Shown piece by piece: positions 30,253 to 40,097 of a stretch of 64,000 nt of DNA (position 1 is the first letter of the stretch; every line of letters begins with the position of its first letter). The DNA lies in the NCBI GenBank assembly GCA_037481775.1, contig JBBFKZ010000001.1, forward strand, positions 96,001 to 160,000, read 5' to 3'. Origin of the DNA: Candidatus Bathyarchaeia archaeon. Lineage in GTDB: Archaea > Thermoproteota > Bathyarchaeia > Bathyarchaeales > Bathycorpusculaceae. The position numbers and the translations under genes are program-made. The notes under the pieces were generated by a model that was not told the DNA's origin, searched no databases, and worked only from the letters and a program-made list of their open reading frames with translations.

Positions 30253-31008
30253 ATGTTTAAACTTAAAGTATCTGATGCTAAACTACTGCGGGATATGGTT
30301 ACCGCAATTTCCATTCTTGTAGACGAGGCTACCTTCAAAATTGATCCTGAAGGCTTAAAGCTTCGGGCGATGGATCCATCCCGCGTTGCCATGATTGATT
30401 TTGAATGGCCTAAAACAATCTTTGAAGAATACTTATGTGAAGCTTCTTCAAAAATATGCATTAACATAAGTGAATTGTTGAAGCTGCTTAAACGGGCAGG
30501 CAAAGATGAGGCAGTCGAGCTGTCATTGGACGAGAAAACTGGGCGACTGCAGATTACGATAACGGGAAAGTACAGCCGCAACTTTAATATGCCCACGCTT
30601 GAGGCTGCAGAAGAGGAAGTTCCTACCCCAAAGATAACCTTCAACGTGAAAGCTAAGGCAACCACGCAAGGGCTGAGTCAAGCCATAGAAGACGCGCAGC
30701 TGGTAAGCGATCATGTACGGATAGAGGCTGACCCGGAGAAGCTTATTCTTAACGCTTCAGGAGACTTGATGGGTGCAACGATAACGCTTCAGAAAGGAAG
30801 CGACGCCCTGCTGGATTTGGAAGTGAAAGAGAATTCGAAGGCAACGTTCAGTTTAAGCTACTTATCCGAAATAATAAAGGCGGCATCAGCCACATCGGAC
30901 ATAGCTACGCTCGAGTTCTCAACAGATATGCCTATTAGGATAGACTTCCATCAAACAAAAGAGGGCAAGCTGACGTTCTTCCTCGCGCCTAGAATTGAAA
31001 CAGAATGA
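30253..31008 (+). CDS. pcn: PCNA sliding clamp
   Basis: RAMDPSRVAMI, FFLAPRIE. Confidence 0.96.
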   Translation: MFKLKVSDAKLLRDMVTAISILVDEATFKIDPEGLKLRAMDPSRVAMIDFEWPKTIFEEYLCEASSKICINISELLKLLKRAGKDEAVELSLDEKTGRLQITITGKYSRNFNMPTLEAAEEEVPTPKITFNVKAKATTQGLSQAIEDAQLVSDHVRIEADPEKLILNASGDLMGATITLQKGSDALLDLEVKENSKATFSLSYLSEIIKAASATSDIATLEFSTDMPIRIDFHQTKEGKLTFFLAPRIETE

Positions 31009-31018
31009 GAATTACAAA

Positions 31019-32071
31019 ATGCAAGCGGAAATGGGGCGATTCACCCAAACTGACTTGGCGAAATATCCCTTTCTAAAAGAAACCGCTGCGATTATAAAAC
31101 AGCTAGGCTTGAAAATCGAAGAATTGGCAAATCCTGATATGGCGCAAATTCTTAATCGCGCCGAAGAGCGAGTCCGAGAAGCAATTTTATCTGTTTCAGT
31201 TGGCAAAAAGCGTGAATTCGCTGTGGAGGTTCCCTCTTTCCCCGTCGCCATTATGCTAGCGATAGCAACCAAAAACTCTTTTATAAAAAAGCGTTATGCT
31301 CTAGCTGAAGCCAAACAAGCTTTCAACGATATGCAAACTGAAAGTAGCGAGAAAATTTTGGCAATTGCACGCGATTTCAATTGGAATATAACGCTGAATC
31401 GCGACTCTTCAATACCCCTTGAATTCGCTGTTAGCTTCCCTGATTACTTAAGGAACACGACGCATCTGCGGGATAAGAAGTGGAAACTTGTAAACCGCCT
31501 TTTAACAAATGGGCAAGTTTACCTAAACAAACAAGATGTTGCACGGCTTCTACAAGAAGAAGTGCGGAGGCGAATTGAAGAAAGGTTGGAAGCAACTGAA
31601 CTGCCAACCATTCCCGAGAACGTAACCGAGATAGCTGCGCAACTGTTAGCATTAGCAAAGGAGAAGATAGGCGAAGAAGAAACGGAGTTCTCCAAAGTTG
31701 TGACGCAATCAGCTTTTCCACCATGCATCGTAGCGCTTTATGAAGCTGCATCCAAAGGTCGTCATCTTTCACATGTGGGCCGCTTCACCTTGACCTCTTT
31801 CCTAGTAAATATTGGCATGTCGCCGGAAAAAGTGGCAGAATTATTCAAGAGTTTCTCAGACTATAATGAAAGACTAACGCGTTATCAAATTGAGCATATC
31901 GCCGGAGAAAGAGGCTCCAGAACGCGATATACTCCCCCTCAATGTACTACTTTACAGACCCACAGTGTTTGCGTCAACCCTGATGTTTTGTGCAGGCGCA
32001 TCCGCCATCCTTTAGCTTATTATAAACGTAAACAGAAACAATTAAGTGCGAGCACACCAAAAACAAGTTAA
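31019..32071 (+). CDS. priL: DNA primase large subunit
   Basis: AKYPFL, FPPCI, HLSHVGRF, YQIEHIAG, YTPPQC, HPLAYY. Confidence 0.93.
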   Translation: MQAEMGRFTQTDLAKYPFLKETAAIIKQLGLKIEELANPDMAQILNRAEERVREAILSVSVGKKREFAVEVPSFPVAIMLAIATKNSFIKKRYALAEAKQAFNDMQTESSEKILAIARDFNWNITLNRDSSIPLEFAVSFPDYLRNTTHLRDKKWKLVNRLLTNGQVYLNKQDVARLLQEEVRRRIEERLEATELPTIPENVTEIAAQLLALAKEKIGEEETEFSKVVTQSAFPPCIVALYEAASKGRHLSHVGRFTLTSFLVNIGMSPEKVAELFKSFSDYNERLTRYQIEHIAGERGSRTRYTPPQCTTLQTHSVCVNPDVLCRRIRHPLAYYKRKQKQLSASTPKTS

Positions 32072-32216
32072 CATTCGGTATGAGTAAACAGTTGGAACCT
32101 TGTTTTCTCTTGATAGTGCCTTTGTATCCGGCATTTTAAATTTTAGACTGGGCTGCTAATGGTTAAATGTGGGTTTGCGAAATCATATCGTTCAGACAAG
32201 GCAGAGGAGAATTACT

Positions 32217-33446
32217 GTGTCTTCTAGAGTGTTCGTTTACAAAAAATTCTCTGAGTTTTACAGTAGCCCCTCCACAGTTATTCCCTCTCCTTCATCGCTT
32301 AGCCAGCGAGAACTAGGTTTTCTTCTTTTCAAAGAGCGCGTCATGTTAAGACATAAAAGTTTTGAAAGCATGAATCGTCTAAAGCGCTTTCTCAGCGAGA
32401 ATATTCCTTCAGATGTTTATCACTCTTGTGCCATTTATGAAGATCCAGAAGCTGAAATGGATAAGAAGGGTTGGCTTGGTGCAGATTTGGTTTTCGACAT
32501 AGACGCTGACCACATACCTACCCCCTGCAATAAAATTCATGATGAGTGGACTTGTAGCGAATGCAACTTCAGCGGAAAGGGCATAACACCTGAAGCTTGC
32601 CCAATTTGCGGCGGGCAAAAATTTGAAACTAAAACTTGGGCTTGTGATCTCTGCTTAGGAGCTGCTAAAGAAGAAACCGCCAAGTTGATTGATATTTTGG
32701 AGAAAGACTTCGGTTTTTCCCAGCAAGAAATGCACGTGTTTTTTTCAGGGCACCGTGGATACCACGTTCAAATCGAAAAAGACACAGTTAAGACGCTAGA
32801 TGCTACGGCCCGCAAAGAAATAGTCGATTATGTTTCAGGTATAGGTCTGTTCCTCTTAGATGATGAAGCACAGAATAAAGCTGGCAAGCGGCGGCGTTCA
32901 AACGTTTTTAGCTTACATGATTTTGGTTGGCACAAACGCCTAAAGTTGGGCCTCCAAAATTTTCTTATGAACGCCACAAAAGAAGATTTAAAGAACGCTG
33001 GGATAAAAGGAAGGTATGCCGCTTTTTTGGAAAACAGAGCGGTTCTTCTGAAACGGTGCATAGAAGAAAACAAATGGGGCGGCGTCAGAGGCATCAGCGT
33101 TGGAACATGGCGAAAACTAGCCAAATACATAAAGGAGCTTGAATCCGCAAAAATCGACACTGTTGTCACCACCGACATTCACCGCTTGATCAGAATGAAC
33201 GGTACCCTTCACGGCAAAACAGGCTTTTTGAAGATCGAGTTTCCAGTGAAGCGTTTAGCTGATTTTGATCCTTTCAAGGAAGCAGTAGCTTTTAAAGAAG
33301 GCACCGTGAAAGTGTTTGTCTTAGACGCACCAGAATTTAGGTTAGGTGACAACATGCTGGGTCCCTACAAGAATCAGAAGGTGGAACTTCCAACTGCAGC
33401 GGCTGTGCTGCTAATTTGCAAAGGCAGAGCTGAGGTGGCGCAGTAG
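32217..33446 (+). CDS. priS: DNA primase catalytic subunit with Zn-ribbon insertion
   Basis: LVFDIDADH, FSGHRGYH, IDTVVTTDIHRLIR. Confidence 0.93.
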   Translation: MSSRVFVYKKFSEFYSSPSTVIPSPSSLSQRELGFLLFKERVMLRHKSFESMNRLKRFLSENIPSDVYHSCAIYEDPEAEMDKKGWLGADLVFDIDADHIPTPCNKIHDEWTCSECNFSGKGITPEACPICGGQKFETKTWACDLCLGAAKEETAKLIDILEKDFGFSQQEMHVFFSGHRGYHVQIEKDTVKTLDATARKEIVDYVSGIGLFLLDDEAQNKAGKRRRSNVFSLHDFGWHKRLKLGLQNFLMNATKEDLKNAGIKGRYAAFLENRAVLLKRCIEENKWGGVRGISVGTWRKLAKYIKELESAKIDTVVTTDIHRLIRMNGTLHGKTGFLKIEFPVKRLADFDPFKEAVAFKEGTVKVFVLDAPEFRLGDNMLGPYKNQKVELPTAAAVLLICKGRAEVAQ

Positions 33447-33448
33447 TA

Positions 33449-33997
33449 ATGTATGACGAGATTTATGCTGCTTGGCGGCGTGAAGCCGAAAACGAGGCAC
33501 TTGGAAGTTTACCTACTGACTTTTACAAGCGAGTCGCGCTTTATCTGCAGAAGATTAAAGAAGAAAATAGAATGCTTGATAAGAAAACGGTGAAGGCAAG
33601 CCTCCTTGAACATGAAATGAAGCACGCCAAGCGCATGATAAAAGCGATAGTCTGGTTACGATACAAAAAGCTCTTGCGAATTATCAGTAAAAACCAGAAA
33701 ATTCCAGCGGAATTGTTGGCAGCTGAAGAAGCTAAATTATGGACGAGCTTCGCCTCATTCGCAGAGGCACATCAAAAGTTTGTAGGGAACCTTCTACGCG
33801 GGCAAATTTCTGATGATAGCACGCCAAAAATACAAAAAAGAGTTACTCTGAGATTTGTGAAAGAAATTCCTGCGATAATTGGCGCAGATATGAAGACTTA
33901 TGGACCTTTTATGCCAGAGGACATCGCGTCTGTGCCGGTAGAAAACGCAAAAATCTTGATTAAACAAGGTTTAGCTGTATTGATTGATACTTCTTAA
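33449..33997 (+). CDS. gins51: GINS complex subunit Gins51
   Basis: LPTDFY helical A-domain, IIGADMKTYGPF B-domain; follows priS. Confidence 0.88.
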   Translation: MYDEIYAAWRREAENEALGSLPTDFYKRVALYLQKIKEENRMLDKKTVKASLLEHEMKHAKRMIKAIVWLRYKKLLRIISKNQKIPAELLAAEEAKLWTSFASFAEAHQKFVGNLLRGQISDDSTPKIQKRVTLRFVKEIPAIIGADMKTYGPFMPEDIASVPVENAKILIKQGLAVLIDTS

Positions 33998-34103
33998 ATG
34001 CATACAACCAGTGTTTGCCAACAACTCGATTCAAGCAATATTGAAAGGCGAAAAAGAGTTCAGAGAAAACGTGGTTCCTATGCGAACATGCATTCAGTGC
34101 CGT

Positions 34104-34155
34104 CATATTTGGCGGCTATTAGCCATTCATTGCAGAAACCTATAGAGGGGCTATC
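34104..34155 (+). repeat. Left copy of a ~53-bp inverted repeat (partner 41519-41571)
   Basis: CATATTTGGCG...AAACCTATAGAGGGGCTATC; 48/53 identical to the reverse complement of the partner. Confidence 0.8.
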
Positions 34156-34319
34156 GCACACTTTTCGTTTGCTTAGAGTACCGTGGGCCCCTCGTAGATT
34201 AAGATAGAAGCGGTACATGCGCTATGTTAAGTCGTGTTTCGTTAAGTGTTTGCTCAAAACTTATTAACTTCCATCATTTAATCTTCACTAATTCATGAGT
34301 ATTTGTGGATAAGACGAAA

Positions 34320-35579
34320 ATGAGCAGCATAAGTAAAGCCTTGCCTAAACAACCAGAAGTTAACATAGGCACCATAGGGCATGTAGATCATGGGAAAACA
34401 ACTTTGGTGCAAGCGTTAACGGGCGTCTGGGCATCTCGGCACAGTGAGGAACTGAAAAGAGGCATAACCATCCGTTTAGGCTATGCGGATATGCCGATTT
34501 ACAAATGCCCAAAATGCGAAACGCCGCGAAACTATTCAACTAAGCCTGTTTGCCCGAACTGCGGCTCCGAAACGGTTTTCGTTCGTGCTGCGAGCTTCGT
34601 TGATGCGCCGGGGCATGAAGCGTTAATGGCAACTATGCTTTCAGGTGCCGCCATAATGGATGGCGCGCTACTTGTGATAGCCGCTGATGAACCATGCCCT
34701 CAACCGCAGACCCGCGAGCACTTAGAGGCAGCACAGATTATCGGCATAAAAAACATAATAATTGTCCAAAACAAAATTGACATAGTTGATGAGAAAAGAG
34801 CCCGCAAAAGCTATGAAGAAATCAAGGAGTTTGTTAAAGGAACCATCGCAGAGAACGCACCTATAATTCCTGTCTCAGCGCAACGTGCAATAAACATTGA
34901 CGTGCTGCTTAACGCCATAGAGGAAATTATACCCACGCCAAAAAGAGATGAAACAAAGCCGCCGCTCATGTATATTGTCCGCTCTTTTGATGTCAACAAA
35001 CCTGGAACACCTATTGAAGAATTGCAAGGCGGCATTATAGGTGGCACTATAACTCAAGGGAAATTTGCAGTTGGAGACGAAATAGAGATACGACCAGGCA
35101 TCAGCATGGAAAAAGAAGGCAAAACAGTTTATGTTCCTTTGATAAGCGAAATAGTAAGTTTGCATGCGGGCGAGAGAGACGTAAAAGAGGCGACATGCGG
35201 CGGATTAGTTGGTGTTGGAACGTTGCTTGATCCATCTTACTCGAAAGCAGATGGCTTAACTGGAAACATTGCGGGGAAAACAAGTTTACTGCCTCCAGTA
35301 TTGTCAGAGCTAACTTTAGAAACCCATATTTTAGAAAGGGCTGTGGGAACCAAAGAGCAGTTGAAAGTCGAAAAAATAAACCCTGACGAAACATTGCTTC
35401 TTCATGTAGGCGCCGCTGTAAACATTGGAAAAATTATATCAATCAAAAACAATATTGTTAAAATCAAGTTGAGCCGACCGATCTGCGCACAACCGAACTC
35501 TAGAGTTGCCCTAAGCAGAAAGATTGCGGCGCGATGGAGACTAATAGGGTACGGAATAACATTAGATAAGGCTACATGA
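34320..35579 (+). CDS. eif2g: Translation initiation factor aIF2 gamma
   Basis: QPEVNIGTIGHVDHGKTT, DAPGHE, NKID, WRLIGYG. Confidence 0.97.
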   Translation: MSSISKALPKQPEVNIGTIGHVDHGKTTLVQALTGVWASRHSEELKRGITIRLGYADMPIYKCPKCETPRNYSTKPVCPNCGSETVFVRAASFVDAPGHEALMATMLSGAAIMDGALLVIAADEPCPQPQTREHLEAAQIIGIKNIIIVQNKIDIVDEKRARKSYEEIKEFVKGTIAENAPIIPVSAQRAINIDVLLNAIEEIIPTPKRDETKPPLMYIVRSFDVNKPGTPIEELQGGIIGGTITQGKFAVGDEIEIRPGISMEKEGKTVYVPLISEIVSLHAGERDVKEATCGGLVGVGTLLDPSYSKADGLTGNIAGKTSLLPPVLSELTLETHILERAVGTKEQLKVEKINPDETLLLHVGAAVNIGKIISIKNNIVKIKLSRPICAQPNSRVALSRKIAARWRLIGYGITLDKAT

Positions 35580-35584
35580 GAACT

Positions 35585-36022
35585 TCAAGCACTTATTATC
35601 CCACGCGCTTTTAACAGTTCATGCGCTTTCTTAAGCAGAATTTTGGCGTTTTGGAAAGTAAGCTTTTCTATTGCGCTTTGATAATCTAGCCAAGTATACC
35701 CAATATGCTCGTAGGATAATGCGACTTTCTCTGTGCTAGTTTCGGCTAAAAAGAAAATTACTTCCTTGTGAACCTTTGCGCCTTGCCTTCTGTAAAAGTA
35801 CTCTATTTTTTCCCTGAAACCTTCAATGAACCGCGCGTCAGTTATGCCAGTTTCTTCTCGAAGTTCTCTAACGACCGTGTCTTTTTCACTTTCATTTGGC
35901 TCAACATTGCCTTTTACAAAATCCCAATGCCCAGCTTCATAATGTAGAAGAAGATATTTAACATCTTTATTCTTCAAGAACACTACGGCGCCACAGGATT
36001 TCTCATGAAGCAACGACTTCAC
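35585..36022 (-). CDS. Nudix hydrolase (Ap4A hydrolase-like)
   Basis: HWDFVKG..EPNE...RELREETG Nudix box. Confidence 0.88.
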   Translation of the reverse strand: MKSLLHEKSCGAVVFLKNKDVKYLLLHYEAGHWDFVKGNVEPNESEKDTVVRELREETGITDARFIEGFREKIEYFYRRQGAKVHKEVIFFLAETSTEKVALSYEHIGYTWLDYQSAIEKLTFQNAKILLKKAHELLKARGIISA

Positions 36023-36209
36023 TACCTTTTTGTGTTCAACTCAGTTTATGCAAAGGTTATTTAAAAGTAATACGTGCTTTCGGAATGCCGTGACATACGT
36101 TATTTCTGCTTTGAAAGCTGCATTATTAAGTGCTGAAGAACAAACAATTTTAATCCTACTTAAAGAGACTTTAACAAGGATCCTGAAGCTTAATGGTGCG
36201 AATGATTAA

Positions 36210-36623
36210 ATGAAGCTCATAGGCGAAACTGTTGGAGTGATTTTGGACTCAAACGCTTTGTTTGTTCCCCTTCAATTTAAAATCGACATTTTCAATGACC
36301 TAAAAATTCTACTAAACAGGAATTTTGAACTGATTTTATTGTCACCTGTCAAACGTGAACTAGAAACACTTGCGGAAAAAGGTTCGCCTAAAATGCGTAA
36401 AAATGCCTCTTACGCATTGAAGCTAGCTGAAAAATGCAGGTATATCGAAATCGCTGCATCAGATTCAGAACCCACTGATAACTTAATAGTTAAAATAGCT
36501 AAAGAATGGCGTTTCCCAGTATTCACCAATGACAAACAACTTAGGAAGAGGCTAAGAGATATAAATGTGCCAGTAATTTATGTGAGACAAAAATCGCGTC
36601 TCGAAATTGACGGAATGATCTGA
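36210..36623 (+). CDS. PIN-domain protein (Fcf1/Utp24-like)
   Basis: ILDSNAL, VFTNDKQL, VPVIYVRQ; conserved position before rpo7. Confidence 0.85.
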   Translation: MKLIGETVGVILDSNALFVPLQFKIDIFNDLKILLNRNFELILLSPVKRELETLAEKGSPKMRKNASYALKLAEKCRYIEIAASDSEPTDNLIVKIAKEWRFPVFTNDKQLRKRLRDINVPVIYVRQKSRLEIDGMI

Positions 36624-36626
36624 AAA

Positions 36627-37229
36627 ATGTTTAAACTAATAACACTACAGGATACTATTCGCATTCCGCCTGAAACCTTTGGCAGCCCTCTCGAGAAAGT
36701 AGGTCACGACCAAGTAAAGGTCAAATACGAGGGTGTTGTAGACGAAGAGTTAGGCTACGTCATAGCAGTGACAAGTGTAGACGTAAGCCCCATAGGAAAG
36801 ATAATTCCTGGAGATGGCGCAACTTATCATAAAGTAACGTTTTCGCTGTTAACTTTTTACCCAGTCCTTCAAGAAATAGTTGAAGGCGATGTGGTGGAAA
36901 TTGCGGATTTTGGTGCCTTTGTACGCATAGGGCCTGTAGACGCGTTGCTTCATGTTTCGCAGCTCATGGATGACTACATGTCTTATGATGAAAAACAAGG
37001 AGTTTTACTTGGAAAGGAAACTAAAAGAAAATTAATGAGCGGAGACCATGTACGCGTCAGGATAACAGCCGTTTCTCTCGGCAGGGCTGGAAGCTCAGGG
37101 AAAATCGGTGTAACTGCGAGGCAACCGTTTCTGGGCAAGCTAGAATGGATTAAGCTCGAGACTTCTCAACCGAAAGAAAACGCAGAGAAGAAAGCAACAG
37201 AAAACAAAACAGAACAGGAGCGCCAATGA
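36627..37229 (+). CDS. rpo7: RNA polymerase subunit Rpo7 (E')
   Basis: IRIPP, FGAFVRIGPVDALLHVSQ, RQPFLGK. Confidence 0.95.
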   Translation: MFKLITLQDTIRIPPETFGSPLEKVGHDQVKVKYEGVVDEELGYVIAVTSVDVSPIGKIIPGDGATYHKVTFSLLTFYPVLQEIVEGDVVEIADFGAFVRIGPVDALLHVSQLMDDYMSYDEKQGVLLGKETKRKLMSGDHVRVRITAVSLGRAGSSGKIGVTARQPFLGKLEWIKLETSQPKENAEKKATENKTEQERQ

Positions 37230-37230
37230 G

Positions 37231-37416
37231 ATGAATGAGAAAGCTTGTACGAACTGTCATTTCATAACTAAAGAAAACGTGTGCCCAAAGTGCAAGTCAA
37301 CAAGTCTAAGCGAAGACTTCAGCGGCATAGTCATTATGTTCGAGCCGGAGACTTCAGTTATTGCAAAGGTTATGAGCATAAAAGAAAAAGGGCGTTATGC
37401 CCTAAAGATCAGGTAA
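37231..37416 (+). CDS. spt4: Transcription elongation factor Spt4 (E'')
   Basis: KACTNC, CPKC, GRYALKI. Confidence 0.92.
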   Translation: MNEKACTNCHFITKENVCPKCKSTSLSEDFSGIVIMFEPETSVIAKVMSIKEKGRYALKIR

Positions 37417-37492
37417 ATCTTGCCTTTGCTAAGGTAAACACGCTATTAAAAATGCTTTAAGGCAGATTCGCCTGAGTTAAAAGGGTTGAAAA

Positions 37493-38023
37493 ATGGCTGT
37501 TGCCTATACTATCACTTCAGAACTTCGTGCGAAGCTTAAAGAGCCTTTTGGCACTTTAATCCGTGGCTCATTTGATGAAACCATCAACAAACTAAATGAA
37601 ATCTTGAAGACTGAAAAACCGCCCGTTCTGGTGTCCGTCGGAGACATGGTTTCACGTAATCTTCATGAACATTTGATTCCCACGCAACTTTTTATTACTG
37701 ATAACAAGAGCATGCGAAAAAGAATAAAGCCGAGAATGTTTGCGGCTAAACTTTTTCATGTTAAAAATCCGCCTGGGACAATAACTGAAGAAGCAAAGGC
37801 GGCGGTAAGGTCTGCCTTGGAAAGTGGCGAAACTGCTCAAATAATTGTTGACGGAGAGGAAGATTTGCTGACACTTATCGCCGTTCTATACGCGCCAGAG
37901 AACTCGTTAGTCATTTATGGGCAACCATCAGAGGGTATAGTAGCCGTCAAAGTTACCTCTGGAAAAAAGAAGGAAGCCACAGAAATTCTAAAAGCGATGG
38001 AAACTGTTCGAAAAGCTAAATAG
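37493..38023 (+). CDS. GTP-dependent dephospho-CoA kinase (DUF359)
   Basis: SVGD, NPPGTIT, VDGEEDLL, YGQP. Confidence 0.88.
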   Translation: MAVAYTITSELRAKLKEPFGTLIRGSFDETINKLNEILKTEKPPVLVSVGDMVSRNLHEHLIPTQLFITDNKSMRKRIKPRMFAAKLFHVKNPPGTITEEAKAAVRSALESGETAQIIVDGEEDLLTLIAVLYAPENSLVIYGQPSEGIVAVKVTSGKKKEATEILKAMETVRKAK

Positions 38024-38068
38024 GAAGTAGAAGTATGAAACTCTCTGCTCTAAACAAGTGATGAAGAG

Positions 38069-38380
38069 ATGGAAGTTAAGATAGTATCAATAAAGGCGAA
38101 CCCTCTTCTGAAGCGGAAGGAAGCTCGTTTCAGAGTGGAACATGATGTTAAAGGGAAAACGCCTACGCGATTGGAAGTTAGAAAGGCCATAGCGGCTGAA
38201 CTGAAGATAAATGAAGAGCTTGTTTTTATTAAGAACATGCAGACCTTAACTGGGACAAACACAACTTTTGGAGTTGCTAACGTTTATGAAACGGGTGACT
38301 ACGCAAAACTTATTGAGCCTGAGTACATAAGAAAACGTAACAGTCCCTCAGAAGAACAAAAAGAAGAGGCGGCGAAGTAA
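38069..38380 (+). CDS. rps24e: 30S ribosomal protein S24e
   Basis: NPLLKRKE, TPTR, operon position. Confidence 0.92.
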   Translation: MEVKIVSIKANPLLKRKEARFRVEHDVKGKTPTRLEVRKAIAAELKINEELVFIKNMQTLTGTNTTFGVANVYETGDYAKLIEPEYIRKRNSPSEEQKEEAAK

Positions 38381-38381
38381 A

Positions 38382-38645
38382 ATGTCGAAGAAAGCAAGCG
38401 AAAAGAAAGAACCTGCTGCAGAAGAGGTAAAAACGCAGAAGTCCGGCAAAGCAACGCCAGCGCCTAAAGCAGAAAAGAAGAAAAAAGATGAGAAGGGCGT
38501 TCACTCTTTGTATAAAGTAGAGGGTGAAAAAGTTACGAGGTTGCGTCCAACCTGCGAGCGCTGCGGGCCAGGATACTTCATGGCTAACCATCATGACCGC
38601 TACACTTGTGGTCACTGTGGTTTCACCCGATATAAGCAGGCTTAA
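38382..38645 (+). CDS. rps27ae: 30S ribosomal protein S27ae
   Basis: CERCGPGYFMA, RYTCGHCG. Confidence 0.92.
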   Translation: MSKKASEKKEPAAEEVKTQKSGKATPAPKAEKKKKDEKGVHSLYKVEGEKVTRLRPTCERCGPGYFMANHHDRYTCGHCGFTRYKQA

Positions 38646-38681
38646 TAAGCAGTTTTAAATTCTCAGTGTACATATACTCTC

Positions 38682-39116
38682 GTGATTCGCATGCTTAGAG
38701 TTAACGTGTTCATAACGAGCATTTCTGCAGAGCGTTTTTGGGACATGAGAAAACCATTTCCGCCCATACAGATAAGCACGAACATTAACATTGTGGGCAT
38801 GGAGAAAATAGCGGACGGCACCTTGGATGTCCCATTTATTTTGTCAATAAATTATAACCCGTCAATAGCGCAGATAAGCCTCAAAGGCAACGCCTACGTT
38901 GCTGGTGACAAAAACGAAATTGAGAAGGCACTTAAGGATCACGATGAAAAGAAGCCGCCGCCACAGCCTATCGTGCAGTCAATATCCAACGTGGTCTTCA
39001 TTGAATCAGTTCTCATATCGAGGACACTGAACATTCCGCCGCCGATTCCTTTGCCGCAAGTGCCTGAAGTCAAACCGCCAGCTGCAAAACCTACCGGCAG
39101 AGATTACACTGCATAG
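38682..39116 (+). CDS. Conserved archaeal hypothetical protein
   Basis: Well-formed ORF with C-terminal LNIPPPIPLP motif. Confidence 0.65.
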   Translation: MIRMLRVNVFITSISAERFWDMRKPFPPIQISTNINIVGMEKIADGTLDVPFILSINYNPSIAQISLKGNAYVAGDKNEIEKALKDHDEKKPPPQPIVQSISNVVFIESVLISRTLNIPPPIPLPQVPEVKPPAAKPTGRDYTA

Positions 39117-39156
39117 AATAAAAGAAGCAGACAACCCAGGTGGGCAGAACCACTGT

Positions 39157-39930
39157 TTAAGAGATGTATGTGGTTTTTTTATCTTCTTCTCTGCGTATTT
39201 CTTCAGCTTGTAACGCCCTTTTCTCCTCGATTTTCTGCAGCCGCGCCAGCATACTTTCTGCCTTGGCAATTTCCTCGTTAAACGCAGTCAAATCAACATT
39301 TAAGTTAAATATCTTATTCAAAACTTCTAAAACGCTTCTTGCAGACAAAGGGTCAGGCAAATATCCACGTGTTTCTCCCAAGAGGCAAAGTGCTTCGATT
39401 TTCCTAAACCGCGCTAATCCCAGTATTAACCCTGCTGTGCCGACAATAGGGCTTCCTGAAGCGCTAACGATGGCGCCTGCACGCAATGCGTTATCCAAAA
39501 GTTCCTTAGAAGTGGCAGCCGCAAACACTTTAGGTTTATCTTTTGCTTCCATGCGGTAGCCACCGATGGTTACGATGGTCTTCACACCATGTTTTTGAGC
39601 AAAATCAAGCATTCGACCAGCAATTTCGTATTGTCCTTCAATCGTTTGCGATTGGCTATCGCCAGTAAAAAGAATCAAATCAGTTGTGTCTCCTTCGTTT
39701 TTCCAGAAATAGAAGGCTCCACGCAGAAGGCGAACACTTCCTTTCTTGTTTACGAGCACAAAATAGGGGAAATGTGGAGAATAAAGATGCGCAAACTTTT
39801 GTGCTTTCAACTGTTTGATTAGATAACGTATGGCAATTTTTCCCACAAGCCCTAAACCTGGAAAGCCTTCGACCAAAACGGCGTTAGAGGGGTTGATTTG
39901 TCTGAGCTCTTTGATGTATGTTTCTTTCAT
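39157..39930 (-). CDS. Proteasome assembly chaperone (PAC2 family)
   Basis: EGFPGLGLVGK, TIGG, CLLGET, DPLSA. Confidence 0.88.
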   Translation of the reverse strand: MKETYIKELRQINPSNAVLVEGFPGLGLVGKIAIRYLIKQLKAQKFAHLYSPHFPYFVLVNKKGSVRLLRGAFYFWKNEGDTTDLILFTGDSQSQTIEGQYEIAGRMLDFAQKHGVKTIVTIGGYRMEAKDKPKVFAAATSKELLDNALRAGAIVSASGSPIVGTAGLILGLARFRKIEALCLLGETRGYLPDPLSARSVLEVLNKIFNLNVDLTAFNEEIAKAESMLARLQKIEEKRALQAEEIRREEDKKTTYIS

Positions 39931-40097
39931 TTTGGCAATTGCTCCTCTTTCAAGATTATTCTATATCTGAGGTATTTATCGTCAGGAGAAAACTTGGGCG
40001 GATGGGGAATCCGAACAGTCCCGCCGCAGTAGGGGCATACATCCTTCTTTAGAGTGTACCGATTGCAATCTGCGCATTTTCTTAATAGCCAGACCAT
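39927..40097 (-). CDS. nop10: H/ACA RNP protein Nop10 (absent from the ORF track)
   Basis: Manual translation MVWLLRKCADCNRYTLKKDVCPYCGG...PHPPKFSPDDKYLRYR. Confidence 0.93.
   Translation of the reverse strand: MVWLLRKCADCNRYTLKKDVCPYCGGTVRIPHPPKFSPDDKYLRYRIILKEEQLPK

Noticed and set aside
33998-34207. 69-aa ORF after gins51
   Set aside because: No recognisable motif. It overlaps the inverted repeat, whose other copy has a 1-nt indel, arguing against coding.
35585-36022. Nudix gene in opposite orientation inside the aIF2gamma-PIN-rpo7 cluster as a mobile element
   Set aside because: No terminal repeats or mobility genes; ordinary gene shuffling.
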